Assembly (NCBI GenBank): GCA_040387855.1
Contig: JAZKCY010000001.1
Span: 253,857-317,856 of the forward strand
Source of the DNA: Patescibacteria group bacterium
Lineage (GTDB): Bacteria > Patescibacteriota > Minisyncoccia > Phycocordibacterales > JAKAEA01
DNA: 64,000 nt
Reading direction: 5' to 3'
Shown here: in pieces, positions 18,926-28,062 of the stretch
Layout: every line of letters begins with the position of its first letter
Position numbering within the stretch: the first letter of the stretch is position 1
Notes under the pieces: model-generated
Database searches by the model: none
Seen by the model: only the letters and a program-made list of their open reading frames with translations
What the model was told of the DNA's origin: nothing
Position numbers and translations under genes: made by a program

Positions 18926-19654
18926 ATGATATTTTCGCACTATAAGCGATTTCTTAGATTCAAACCTTTAGTAGGTATAGCTCTTTTTATTGTTCTAATT
19001 ATTGGAGTGTCATTTTTGATTTCCAATCCTTTTTCTGATGAAGATAAAACAGTAGCAATTATTCTCTCTCCTCACGCTGGTGATGCATATGTGGGCCTTG
19101 GAGGATTGATTGATCAGAAGGGTAGTAATGTAATAGTCGTAGATGTTTTTAACGGTACTGATACCGGGACTACAACTCCAGTAATAGATAGTACCAACAC
19201 TTCAGTACAGCTAGTAAAGCTGCAATACTCAGAACGAGATGGAACTCCTGAAGAAATAAGTATAAGTCTATCTCAAGATATTCAAGCTTTGATTAGTGGT
19301 AATAAAGATAAAATAGTATCTGTGTATGCGCCGTCATATTTTACTGATGACATTACGCCTAAAGAGCATGCAATTGTATCAGAAGCTTTCAGAAATGTTG
19401 CAAGTAATTATCCAGATATGAATGTACAGTTTTATGTATATGAAGATTTTCCTTATATAAATCAGTTTAATTTATCTTCAGTAGTATCAGTCCAGCGACA
19501 TATTGAAAACACATTCGATATTAGATTTACTAAAGTTGAAATCCCACTTACGAAAGTACCTGAGGGATCAGAATCTATTCGAGCATACAAACAAACTCGA
19601 TGCGGAGAAAATCCGAATCGAGCGTGTGAAATAGTGTATAAGTTAGAACGCTAA
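18926..19654 (+). CDS. Membrane-anchored PIG-L/LmbE-like deacetylase homologue (degenerate motifs)
   Basis: ILSPHAGDA resembles PHxDD, and YEDFPY is present. N-terminal TM anchor. Confidence 0.6.
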   Translation: MIFSHYKRFLRFKPLVGIALFIVLIIGVSFLISNPFSDEDKTVAIILSPHAGDAYVGLGGLIDQKGSNVIVVDVFNGTDTGTTTPVIDSTNTSVQLVKLQYSERDGTPEEISISLSQDIQALISGNKDKIVSVYAPSYFTDDITPKEHAIVSEAFRNVASNYPDMNVQFYVYEDFPYINQFNLSSVVSVQRHIENTFDIRFTKVEIPLTKVPEGSESIRAYKQTRCGENPNRACEIVYKLER

Positions 19655-19667
19655 ATCTAAACAAGTA

Positions 19668-21059
19668 TTACTTTCGAACTTTATAGATTCGGAGCTTGCA
19701 GTATGGAGAATCTCCGTTAAATACATTTTCTTCTTGCTTGTCGATCAGTTCAAGTACTGCTTGTTTCGTAACTTGGCATTCTTCACCCTCGTTTTTACAA
19801 ATAGTCTCACACTCATTAAAGGCAATATAGTCGTATCCTCCACGTCTCAGCATATAGGTCTGAATAGCATGTTCCCAGGTATCCATTACTTCGGGCACAA
19901 TAGCATCACTTAATGCAACAAACTGAGGTGAAGATGTAAGAAGGGTAAGACGTCCTTTATCTTTAAAATATGAGAAATACGTAACTTGAGCAGGAGTTAA
20001 TACATACTTTTGTGCAAGATTGGTATATGCATAGTATGAAATGCTGCTAAGCCCAATCATAAGAATGAAAGCAATAGCAATATATGCTTTTTTATAGTTT
20101 ATACGAGCTGTGAGCAAGGCAATGCCGTATCCTGCAAGAATAGTGATGTACGGGAGAAATGAAATACCATAGCGAAGTTCTTGATGAATTGCATGGCTAA
20201 AATATCCTCCAAGAACTGCTACTGCAAGAAGTGAAACAATTACGAGATCTCGAGCTTTCTCTTGTTCGTGTTTAAATTTCTTAAAGAAAATAAGAAGGGC
20301 TGCAAATCCAAAAATAATAAATGGATTTTGCATAAATAAACCTTTAGCATAATACAGATAATGCTGGGTAGTATAATGCATTGAGTTTGCTACTACTGTA
20401 TTTGCTGTAATTATTGGATGTAAGGCATTGCCATAGAGATGAATGTTTGCAATAAAATATGGAATTGTAAGCACTAAAAATCCAACACCTAATCGCATGC
20501 ACGCAACAGTGAAATCTCGAAAACTCATGCGCTTTGAAACAAGCTGGATGAGAAGTGCAAGACCGAATACTACGCCGATAAGTACTTGCGGGAACCTCAT
20601 AAGGAACGCGAGTGCAACAACAAGCCCCGCACTAAAATCTTTTCCCTTGAGAAATAGGTAGGCTGCTAGTACGGTGAGACATGCTGAAGGAATATCAGTG
20701 AGCGGTGCATTGCTAAAGGCAAGAATAACAGGAGAAAATCCAATAAGAATAGCTGCATAAAGTCCGGCATTTTTTCGTGCACGTTCTCCTATTAAGTAAC
20801 AAAGATAGATAAGTCCAAGGCTTGCAACAATAGCAATAATTTTTCCTACAACCACAGGATCTAATCCTATTTTCCATGCACCTCCTAAGATTATAGGGAA
20901 TAGTACAGGTCTAAATGACTCGAAAATTCCAATAGCACCTTTGGTATACATAAACTTTCCGATACCGATGTACATGGCTGTATCCCAAAACAGAATAGTA
21001 TTTTGAAGGGTATACCATACACGAGCAATGAGAGAAACAAAAAGAACGAATATAATCAT
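19668..21059 (-). CDS. GT-C superfamily (ArnT/PMT-like) glycosyltransferase
   Basis: Multiple TM helices, WDTAMY, RPVLFP, LTDIPS and ELRY. Confidence 0.85.
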   Translation of the reverse strand: MIIFVLFVSLIARVWYTLQNTILFWDTAMYIGIGKFMYTKGAIGIFESFRPVLFPIILGGAWKIGLDPVVVGKIIAIVASLGLIYLCYLIGERARKNAGLYAAILIGFSPVILAFSNAPLTDIPSACLTVLAAYLFLKGKDFSAGLVVALAFLMRFPQVLIGVVFGLALLIQLVSKRMSFRDFTVACMRLGVGFLVLTIPYFIANIHLYGNALHPIITANTVVANSMHYTTQHYLYYAKGLFMQNPFIIFGFAALLIFFKKFKHEQEKARDLVIVSLLAVAVLGGYFSHAIHQELRYGISFLPYITILAGYGIALLTARINYKKAYIAIAFILMIGLSSISYYAYTNLAQKYVLTPAQVTYFSYFKDKGRLTLLTSSPQFVALSDAIVPEVMDTWEHAIQTYMLRRGGYDYIAFNECETICKNEGEECQVTKQAVLELIDKQEENVFNGDSPYCKLRIYKVRK

Positions 21060-21080
21060 AGATATATCAAAAGCTGTTAA

Positions 21081-21788
21081 TTACTGATTTTTCTTACTAG
21101 TCGATGTAGCCGTGCTTGATGTTGCTGTCATTGTTGTAGATGTAGCTTGCTCTAGAAAAGGCTGAATAACACTTTCCATACTTGCAAGACTATCAAAGGC
21201 TGCATAGTTTTTACCATTGATATCTATTATGGGTAATGCATTTGGAACATTGTGTTGAGAAATAAGTGTCTTTACCGCAGGAAGATCAATATCATAATCA
21301 AATGTATAAATTTCTATCTGAGGATATTCATTTTGAATTGCACGCAAGATATATTCTTGAGTTTGGCATGTAGCACAGTTCTTATTTGAGTAGAAATACA
21401 AAATAAATACTTTGCCATAATCGCACTCATCATTCATTCTTTTTGTGAGAAGGTAATCTCTAATCTGAAGAAGTGAATAATATCTCTTTAATCGGAATAC
21501 TTCCGGATCATTTTCACCAAGCTGACCTTCGAGAAAATCTAGCTTTGATGAAAGACTACTAAGCTCGGTACGAAGTGTTGAACGGTCAAATTCTTTGCAT
21601 GATGATTCTTCTATAATATCGAACTGTGTCTCAAACGAGAGAATATCAATAGAAATTTTGTCTTCAATAGCTTTAAGCTCATTAGTTTTGCGCTTGTTGA
21701 TATACTCTGAAATAACGAAAGCAACTCCAAAAACAGTTATGGTCAGAAAAAGTGCAATAATATAAATCTTGAAATTTATTTTTTTCAT
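21081..21788 (-). CDS. Membrane-anchored thioredoxin-fold (CxxC) protein
   Basis: TM anchor and coiled coil, then LYFYSNKNCATC and LPIIDING. Ser/Thr-rich tail. Confidence 0.75.
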   Translation of the reverse strand: MKKINFKIYIIALFLTITVFGVAFVISEYINKRKTNELKAIEDKISIDILSFETQFDIIEESSCKEFDRSTLRTELSSLSSKLDFLEGQLGENDPEVFRLKRYYSLLQIRDYLLTKRMNDECDYGKVFILYFYSNKNCATCQTQEYILRAIQNEYPQIEIYTFDYDIDLPAVKTLISQHNVPNALPIIDINGKNYAAFDSLASMESVIQPFLEQATSTTMTATSSTATSTSKKNQ

Positions 21789-23023
21789 TATCTCCAATGA
21801 GTTTTACGGCCAAAGACTGCGTTGAATACTGAACGGATAACCCAGAAAGGTGAGATGAGTGGGAATACTACGAAGTAGAGTGCTACACGGCCTGGACGTA
21901 GGGGCTCGCTTGTAAGCTTTTGGGCATTGTAGACCAACGTAAACATAAGCATAAATACAAAAAGTGTAAGAAATATATTTAATTTTGCACTTACATAAAA
22001 GAGACTAAATTCAAATTGGGGCATTAAGAATCCAACAGCCTTCCAAAGTAGGAACTTTTGTACCAAGAAATTGACAATTCTGTACATTAATAGAAACACG
22101 GTAAAGATAACCCCTCCAATAAGTACAACTGCAGTAGGAATAGTAAGTAATCCAACATTACCGTATTCTTTATTTAAGAATAGGAACTTGTAGTCCCAGG
22201 CATTCTTTAAGAAGCCGTAGGTCCATCGTAGACGCTGTTTGTAGAGCTTATAGACCGTTGTAGGACCTGTAGTATAGACCCATGCTGTATGCATGTTATC
22301 AATCTTCATATGATTCGCCTGTAATCGAAAGGCGATTTCCATATCTTCAGTATTGTGAGCTTTCTTAAACTTTCCAATTTTATCAAATGCAGCTTTTCTA
22401 AATATAGTAAACGGGCCGGGTGTTACGTGAATACCACCGAGAATACCCATAACTTTCTTTACAAGAATACCGAAGACATATTCAACACTCTGCACACTTT
22501 GAATAAGTGTCTTTGGATTGTAAATCTTCATAGCTGGAGTAACCGCCATTGTTTCAGGATCATCAAATTTACAGATCATTTTCTTTAAGGTGTCTGCATC
22601 AACTTCTGAGTCTGCATCAAGACAGCCAAAAAATTCACTTGTACTTCGATCAATAGCATAGTTTACGGCAGTATGCTTTCCTCCGTTTTCTTTGTGATAA
22701 AGCTCTATCTGAGGATGACCTGCATATTGCTGCACAATTTCCCAACTACTATCTGTACTTCCATCATCAACTACAAAAATCTTGAGTTTATCTTGAGGAT
22801 AATTCATTGCAAGGAGAGACTGCACTGTTTTTGAGACTGTCTTTTCTTCGTTCCAAATAGGTACGACAATAGTTACGGAAGGGTATACTTCTCGTTCATA
22901 TGATGCTTTTTCGTCGGCTTTAATTTCCTTTCGGTGAGTGAGGTAGGTAAAAAGAATGAATACCTCAAAATAGATACCGACAAAGAGAAAAAAGTAGATG
23001 ATAACTGTCTGAAAAATGCCCAT
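21788..23023 (-). CDS. Processive GT2 glycosyltransferase (IcaA/PgaC/cellulose-synthase-like)
   Basis: VPIWNEE, DDGSTD, NGGKH, LDADS, TED and QRLRW, plus TM helices. Confidence 0.9.
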   Translation of the reverse strand: MGIFQTVIIYFFLFVGIYFEVFILFTYLTHRKEIKADEKASYEREVYPSVTIVVPIWNEEKTVSKTVQSLLAMNYPQDKLKIFVVDDGSTDSSWEIVQQYAGHPQIELYHKENGGKHTAVNYAIDRSTSEFFGCLDADSEVDADTLKKMICKFDDPETMAVTPAMKIYNPKTLIQSVQSVEYVFGILVKKVMGILGGIHVTPGPFTIFRKAAFDKIGKFKKAHNTEDMEIAFRLQANHMKIDNMHTAWVYTTGPTTVYKLYKQRLRWTYGFLKNAWDYKFLFLNKEYGNVGLLTIPTAVVLIGGVIFTVFLLMYRIVNFLVQKFLLWKAVGFLMPQFEFSLFYVSAKLNIFLTLFVFMLMFTLVYNAQKLTSEPLRPGRVALYFVVFPLISPFWVIRSVFNAVFGRKTHWR

Positions 23024-23094
23024 ATAAGTAAGTATGTATTATATCATACACATGACCTTTTTACAAGTGGAAAGCTTTCGTATATAATGGCTTT

Positions 23095-23790
23095 ATGAAA
23101 GGACATATTCATCCATTAACCATTGCAATGCAAGAGATTCAGACCATATTTGCCGATATGGGATTTGAAGTTGCCCTTGGTCCTGAACGAGAAACAGATT
23201 TTTACAACTTTGAAGCACTCAATTTCCCTCCAGATCATCCGGCTCGAGATATGCAGGATACCTTTTGGCTTAAAGATCCAAACGAAAAGGGTGAAAAAAT
23301 GCTGTTGCGAACACATACATCTCCAGTACAGATTCGCTATATGGAATCAAACAAGCCTCCATTTCGAATTATAGTTCCGGGTAAGGTATATCGAAACGAA
23401 GCGACTGATGCAACGCACGAAGCGCAGTTTTTCCAAGTAGAAGGATTAGCAATTGATAAGAATATTTCTCTTGCAGAACTAAAAGGAACTCTTGAAACAT
23501 TTTATAAAAGATATTTTGGTAATGATGTAGAACTTCGATTTCGACCAAGCTTTTTTCCATTTACTGAACCTTCAGTAGAAGTGGATATTCGCTATAAAGA
23601 TAAGTGGCTTGAAGTAATGGGAGGAGGACTTGTGCATCCCAATGTTGTGAAAGCCGCAGGATTAAATCCAGAAGAATGGCAAGGCTTTGCATTCGGAGGT
23701 GGAATCGATCGACTTATCATTCTTAAGTATGGAGTAAATGATATTCGAGATTTTTATTCTGGTGATCTCAGATTCGTAAATCAGTTTTAA
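23095..23790 (+). CDS. pheS: Phenylalanine-tRNA ligase alpha subunit (short)
   Basis: [25 protein letters not shown] and FPFTEPS. Confidence 0.97.
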   Translation: MKGHIHPLTIAMQEIQTIFADMGFEVALGPERETDFYNFEALNFPPDHPARDMQDTFWLKDPNEKGEKMLLRTHTSPVQIRYMESNKPPFRIIVPGKVYRNEATDATHEAQFFQVEGLAIDKNISLAELKGTLETFYKRYFGNDVELRFRPSFFPFTEPSVEVDIRYKDKWLEVMGGGLVHPNVVKAAGLNPEEWQGFAFGGGIDRLIILKYGVNDIRDFYSGDLRFVNQF

Positions 23791-23793
23791 TAT

Positions 23794-25740
23794 ATGAAAA
23801 TTTCTTATAATTGGCTTCAAACATATTTCAAAGATCCGCTACCTAGCCCAACAGAATTGGGTGATCTTCTCACATTCCATGTGTTTGAAATAGAAAGTAT
23901 CGATGAAGTAGGGAATGACACTATACTTGATGTGAAAGTACTTCCAGACCGAGCTCACTATGCGCTTTCACACAAAGGTGTAGCATATGAAATTGCTGCT
24001 ATTACAAACACTCCTGTCCATGAAAAGCCACTCGCTATAAAAAGAGAAAGTATAAAAGACTCACAAGAACTTATTGTAAATATTTATGATGAGCGATGTA
24101 TTCGAGATTCAAAAGTAGTACTTAAAAATATTACCGTAGAAACTTCACCTGAGTGGCTCAAAGAACGGCTCACAGCTATTGGCCAGCGATCTATTAGCAA
24201 TATTGTTGATGCAACAAACTATGTAATGTTTGATCGAGGTCAGCCACTGCATGCATTTGATTTTGATAAGCTTACAAAGAAAGATGGGAAAGCAGCGATT
24301 GGACTTAAGAAGGCAAACGCAGGTGACAAAATAACCACATTAGGTGGCAAAGAATATACGCTTGATGCAGATACTCTTGTATTTACTGATGAATATAATA
24401 ACGATGCACTTTTAGATATCGCTGGTATTAAAGGAGGAACATTGGCTGAAGTAGATGCGAATACAAAAAATATTGTAGTGCTGTCTGCAAATTTTGATGC
24501 ATCATATATACGCAAAACTTCTACAAAATATGGTATTAGAACTGATGCTTCAAAGCGATCAGAAAATAATATTTCTCCAGAATTAACTATGGATGGGTTG
24601 CTTCAGGTCGTTCAGCTTATTACGGATATTTCAAAAACAGCGCCAACAATAGAGGGGATTGTGGATTATTATCCTAAAGTTATTACTCAGCCTAAAGTAG
24701 TGATTTCTACTGACTATATTGTGAAGATGCTGGGAGTTAATATCTCTGAACCAGAAATTACAACTATCTTGCAGAGATTGCAGATTTCTTATCTTCACAA
24801 AGAAGGTGTGTTTGAAATTATGCCGCCACTGTGGCGACGAGATCTTGTAATTGCACAAGATGTTGTGGAAGAAGTTGGACGAATTTACGGATATAAAAAG
24901 CTGCCATCAACCCAGCTTCCTGAAACTAGTTTTAAGCCAGCGGTAAATAAACTCTTTTATTACTCAAATAAGATTAGAACTATATTAACTGAAGCAGGAT
25001 TCTCTGAAGTTTATACCTATGCATTGCAAAATAAAGGGGAAGTGGAGATTCTTAATCCATTAGCATCAGATAAAAATTACTTAAGAAAAGATTTAGTGAC
25101 TGGTATTTCTCAGTCACTAGAATTAAACGTGAGAAACGCAGATCTTCTTGGGCTTGATCAAATTAAGATATTTGAAATTGGTAAGGCATTTGCTAAAGAT
25201 GCTGAATCTACCAAGTTTGCATTGGGAGTAAAAAATGCAAAGAAGATGAAAGTAAAAGAAGGACAGGCTATTAAAGATATTCTTCAGAAAATCGGAGAGG
25301 CATTAGGCACTACACTTGATCTAAAGATTGCAGATACTGATACAGTATTTGAGCTCGATTTCGATGCTCTTATAGAACAACTTCCGCAACCTACTGCATA
25401 CGAACCATATATTCGAAGTGAAGAAGTAACTACTTATAAGAAATTCTCAGCATATCCATTTGCAGTGCGAGATATTGCGGTATTTACTCCAGAGGGAACA
25501 TCTAAAGAAACAGTGCGATCTGTTATTGAAAAATATGCAGGGGATATAGTACTTACAGAAAAAATAAGACTCTTTGATGAATTTACAAAAACATTAGAAG
25601 ATGGTTCTAAGAAAATTTCATTTGGATTTCGAATGGTGTTTCAATCATATGAGCGAACACTTACTGAAGAAGAAATAAATGCGGTTATGAAATCTATAAC
25701 TGATGATATGAATATGCGGGAAGGTTGGCAGGTGAGATAA
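23794..25740 (+). CDS. pheT: Phenylalanine-tRNA ligase beta subunit (short)
   Basis: MKISYNWL, PDRAH, GQPLHAFD, RRDL...VEEVGRIYGY and a C-terminal FDX-ACB domain. Confidence 0.95.
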   Translation: MKISYNWLQTYFKDPLPSPTELGDLLTFHVFEIESIDEVGNDTILDVKVLPDRAHYALSHKGVAYEIAAITNTPVHEKPLAIKRESIKDSQELIVNIYDERCIRDSKVVLKNITVETSPEWLKERLTAIGQRSISNIVDATNYVMFDRGQPLHAFDFDKLTKKDGKAAIGLKKANAGDKITTLGGKEYTLDADTLVFTDEYNNDALLDIAGIKGGTLAEVDANTKNIVVLSANFDASYIRKTSTKYGIRTDASKRSENNISPELTMDGLLQVVQLITDISKTAPTIEGIVDYYPKVITQPKVVISTDYIVKMLGVNISEPEITTILQRLQISYLHKEGVFEIMPPLWRRDLVIAQDVVEEVGRIYGYKKLPSTQLPETSFKPAVNKLFYYSNKIRTILTEAGFSEVYTYALQNKGEVEILNPLASDKNYLRKDLVTGISQSLELNVRNADLLGLDQIKIFEIGKAFAKDAESTKFALGVKNAKKMKVKEGQAIKDILQKIGEALGTTLDLKIADTDTVFELDFDALIEQLPQPTAYEPYIRSEEVTTYKKFSAYPFAVRDIAVFTPEGTSKETVRSVIEKYAGDIVLTEKIRLFDEFTKTLEDGSKKISFGFRMVFQSYERTLTEEEINAVMKSITDDMNMREGWQVR

Positions 25741-25765
25741 AAATCTAAAAATAAAATAAACGTTT

Positions 25766-25796
25766 AGCCCGGCTGCGTGTGGTACGCAGCCGGGCT
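25766..25796 (-). repeat. GC-rich 13-bp perfect hairpin with ACCAC loop (3' end of unit 3)
   Basis: Minus strand AGCCCGGCTGCGT-ACCAC-ACGCAGCCGGGCT. Confidence 0.8.
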
Positions 25797-25807
25797 TTCG
25801 ATTGGCG

Positions 25808-26041
25808 TCAGTGATGTCGACGCCGATGTTTCTTCTTGGGCCTGATCTTCCCCCTGTTTTTCCAGTGCTTGTTGCACAGGATGTTTGTGGTGCACGTGCA
25901 ACGTTTACTTCGCGTGATACGCTCGAACGGTTGGTACAAAGGGAGAGCAGCGTGCTCCCACCTCATCGGGGAAAGGTTTCGGCATGCGAAGACCTTTTTG
26001 ACCCGATTGGACCTACCGACCGGTAAGAAATTCTGTGCCAA
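25808..26041 (-). CDS. Small basic Cys-containing ORFan (mini-gene unit 3, frame uncertain)
   Basis: TTG start 7 nt after GGAG. CTC...C..H motif and a KKKHRRRHH tail. Bracketed by a leader hairpin and a 3' hairpin. Confidence 0.45.
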   Translation of the reverse strand: MAQNFLPVGRSNRVKKVFACRNLSPMRWEHAALPLYQPFERITRSKRCTCTTNILCNKHWKNRGKIRPKKKHRRRHH

Positions 26042-26150
26042 TCATTGTCTCCGAGAGAAGTCCTGGCTATTCCAATAGCCGTTCCTTCTGCATTCTTCCA
26101 TACTATAAAAAAATAATCAACAAAATATGTAAATGAAATCCAGAGGTGAG

Positions 26151-26182
26151 GAAGCCCGACTCGCGTGGTGCGGTCGGGCTTC
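26151..26182 (-). repeat. GC-rich hairpin with ACCAC loop (3' end of unit 4)
   Basis: Minus strand GAAGCCCGAC-CGC-ACCAC-GCG-A-GTCGGGCTTC. Shares the AGCCCG/CGGGCT base with 25766-25796. Confidence 0.8.
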
Positions 26183-26215
26183 TGGGAAACGAAGAACGTG
26201 AACGGTCGCGTAAGT

Positions 26216-26491
26216 CTACGCGAGCGTGAGCATGCCGATCTTCGGCACTCGAATGCGCGGCCGCATCTCGTTGTTCGCGTGGTGCGTTGGCGAGTAGTAG
26301 GCGCAGACGGGCGTCGGGACCGTGGGGCAGATCTCACTGTCGACGATCCGGCGGTCGATCTCGTCGATTGGGATGTCGACCGTCAGGCGGTGGTCGGCGA
26401 TCGCCCGGTCGAGCCGCTTTTGCTCGTCGGGGTAACCGAACTGGGACATTGCCGTCGGGATCTTCGGGTGACGGGGAGCGTGACGAATCAT
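26216..26491 (-). CDS. 91-aa GC-rich ORFan (mini-gene unit 4)
   Basis: GAGGT SD at 26496-26500. Codons mostly end in G/C in this frame (GAC GAG ATC GAC CGC CGG ATC GTC GAC). Hand count gives 40/60 GC at 26341-26400. Confidence 0.75.
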   Translation of the reverse strand: MIRHAPRHPKIPTAMSQFGYPDEQKRLDRAIADHRLTVDIPIDEIDRRIVDSEICPTVPTPVCAYYSPTHHANNEMRPRIRVPKIGMLTLA

Positions 26492-26554
26492 GAGAACCTC
26501 GAGATGAAACAGAAACCGTTCCTGGATACCAATCCATTGGCACCAGCTTCATGT

Positions 26555-26582
26555 ATTATAGCATTTTGAGCATAAAAGTCAA
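26555..26582 (-). promoter_or_regulatory. Sigma70-type promoter of unit 4
   Basis: TTGACT-16 nt-TATAAT with a TGn extended -10. Confidence 0.75.
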
Positions 26583-26649
26583 GTTGGAAAAGGTGGATAT
26601 GGCGGCCCAGGCTAGCCGTATAAAATAGGTATGCTATGATGTACCCCGT

Positions 26650-27210
26650 ATGATTACTATTGGTCTTACGGGCACTATTGGCGCAGGCAAGGGAACGATT
26701 GTCGAGTATTTAAAGACCCAAGGTTTTACACACTATCCCGCTCGGGATTTTTTAATAAGAGAAGTTGTAAAAAGAGGACTCGAACCTATTCGAGAAAATA
26801 TTACTGTAGTGGCAAATGATCTCCGAAAGATCCATTCTCCTGATTATATAATCTCTGAACTTTCAAAAGAGCGAGCAACAAATCCTGGTAATGCAATTAT
26901 TGAATCTATTAGAAATTTAGGGGAGATAGATTATCTTAGAAAGACTATTCCCAATTTTTATTTGTTTGCTGTTGATGCAGATTTGAAACTTCGGTATGAA
27001 CGAATCCTAGAACGGGGATTGAGTACTGATCACATTTCATTTGAGCAGTTTGTGATAGACGAAAATAAAGAGATGGATTCTAAGGAACTCTGGAAACAAA
27101 ATATTCGAGCTTGTATTTCACAGGCAGATTTTGTATTCGAAAATAATGGGACTATTGAAGAACTCTCAGTGAAAGTGGAGGAAGTGCTTAAAAATTTGAC
27201 TAATAAGTAA
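26650..27210 (+). CDS. P-loop nucleotide kinase (dephospho-CoA kinase-like)
   Basis: IGLTGTIGAGKGT, ESIRN, R..R..ER and ADFVFENNGT. Confidence 0.8.
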   Translation: MITIGLTGTIGAGKGTIVEYLKTQGFTHYPARDFLIREVVKRGLEPIRENITVVANDLRKIHSPDYIISELSKERATNPGNAIIESIRNLGEIDYLRKTIPNFYLFAVDADLKLRYERILERGLSTDHISFEQFVIDENKEMDSKELWKQNIRACISQADFVFENNGTIEELSVKVEEVLKNLTNK

Positions 27211-27223
27211 ATCCTCTTAAACT
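27196..27223 (+). promoter_or_regulatory. Sigma70-type promoter of unit 5
   Basis: TTGACT-16 nt-TAAACT, overlapping the end of the upstream gene. Confidence 0.6.
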
Positions 27224-27261
27224 AACCTGAGAACTGGGGGCAGTCCTAACCCGAGGTCCAC

Positions 27262-27498
27262 ATGGCAGAATTTGGAGATGAATGGTCTGTGTGCTCGTGT
27301 TCGTGTCACGACCCAAATGGCGGGCCGCCGCGCGCTGACCACTGCATTCCGTGTTGTACTCATTGCCCGTGGTGTGCTCAGAACATCACGGGCAACCTCG
27401 ATGCACACATTGCTGGTGTTCATCCCACACACGTGGGGCAACCCTTTCCTTTCGTCAGTCCCTTAGCGGGGCTTTCCGACCAACCACTGGTCGGGTAG
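27262..27498 (+). CDS. Cys/His-rich putative metal-binding mini-protein (unit 5)
   Basis: GAGGT SD at 27253-27257. CSCSCH...HCIPCCTHCPWC...H motifs. The 3' hairpin CCGACCA-ACCAC-TGGTCGG is followed by a T-tract. Confidence 0.7.
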   Translation: MAEFGDEWSVCSCSCHDPNGGPPRADHCIPCCTHCPWCAQNITGNLDAHIAGVHPTHVGQPFPFVSPLAGLSDQPLVG

Positions 27499-27553
27499 TC
27501 AGCAGGGGATTTTTTTATTACAAAATTTATATAAAAAAAGCCGTTCGCGGGTG

Positions 27554-27967
27554 CTACTTGGCTGGTGTTTTTTCGAAACTTTTTGCAAGGTAAAGTGTGG
27601 TATTGTAGGCAACTTTGAATTGAACATACCACACTTGTCCTACACTCCCGGTGCTATCATCCCGACCTCTCGGATTGAACCACACCTGCCGCACAACATA
27701 TGTGGCATGCTCTTCAGTGAGAGTGATATCGCCGATCTCGGGGGGAATGGGTGTTACAACCGGGCGGACTACATCATCCACCTTGAATGGCGGTTGCAAC
27801 CCAAGGAGCCGAGCGTGTAAGGCTCCGCTTAGCCAGTTCACCATCTTGCGAGTTGCGCGTAACCCGGGCTCTTCACCAAAGGAAGTGGCTCCGGTTCGCT
27901 CTGCAGCACGTACAAGCTCCTGCACAAGCTCGACGTTATCCATCGTGTACGGATCTCTTTTTGACAT
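27554..27967 (-). CDS. 137-aa GC-rich ORFan (unit 6)
   Basis: AAGGAG SD at 27975-27980 and promoter TTGCAA-16-TACTAT (28019-27992). GGCT-T6 follows the stop. Confidence 0.72.
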   Translation of the reverse strand: MSKRDPYTMDNVELVQELVRAAERTGATSFGEEPGLRATRKMVNWLSGALHARLLGLQPPFKVDDVVRPVVTPIPPEIGDITLTEEHATYVVRQVWFNPRGRDDSTGSVGQVWYVQFKVAYNTTLYLAKSFEKTPAK

Positions 27968-28062
27968 GCGGTTACTCCTTTTCCATACATTATAGTAGTC
28001 AAAATTGGGTTTGTTGCAAGCTCTAAAATTTGCTATAATAGAGTATCTAAAAATTTACAAAA

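Noticed and set aside
25802-26569. Alternative overlapping ORFs in the GC-rich patches (25802+, 25836+, 25963-, 26165+, 26287+, 26334-)
   Set aside because: High GC suppresses stop codons. The promoter, SD and third-position GC support only the minus-strand frames chosen.
25745-28020. Integron cassette array
   Set aside because: No intI in the window. The hairpins are about 30 nt without clear RYYYAAC/GTTRRRY ends, the units have mixed orientation and each has its own promoter.
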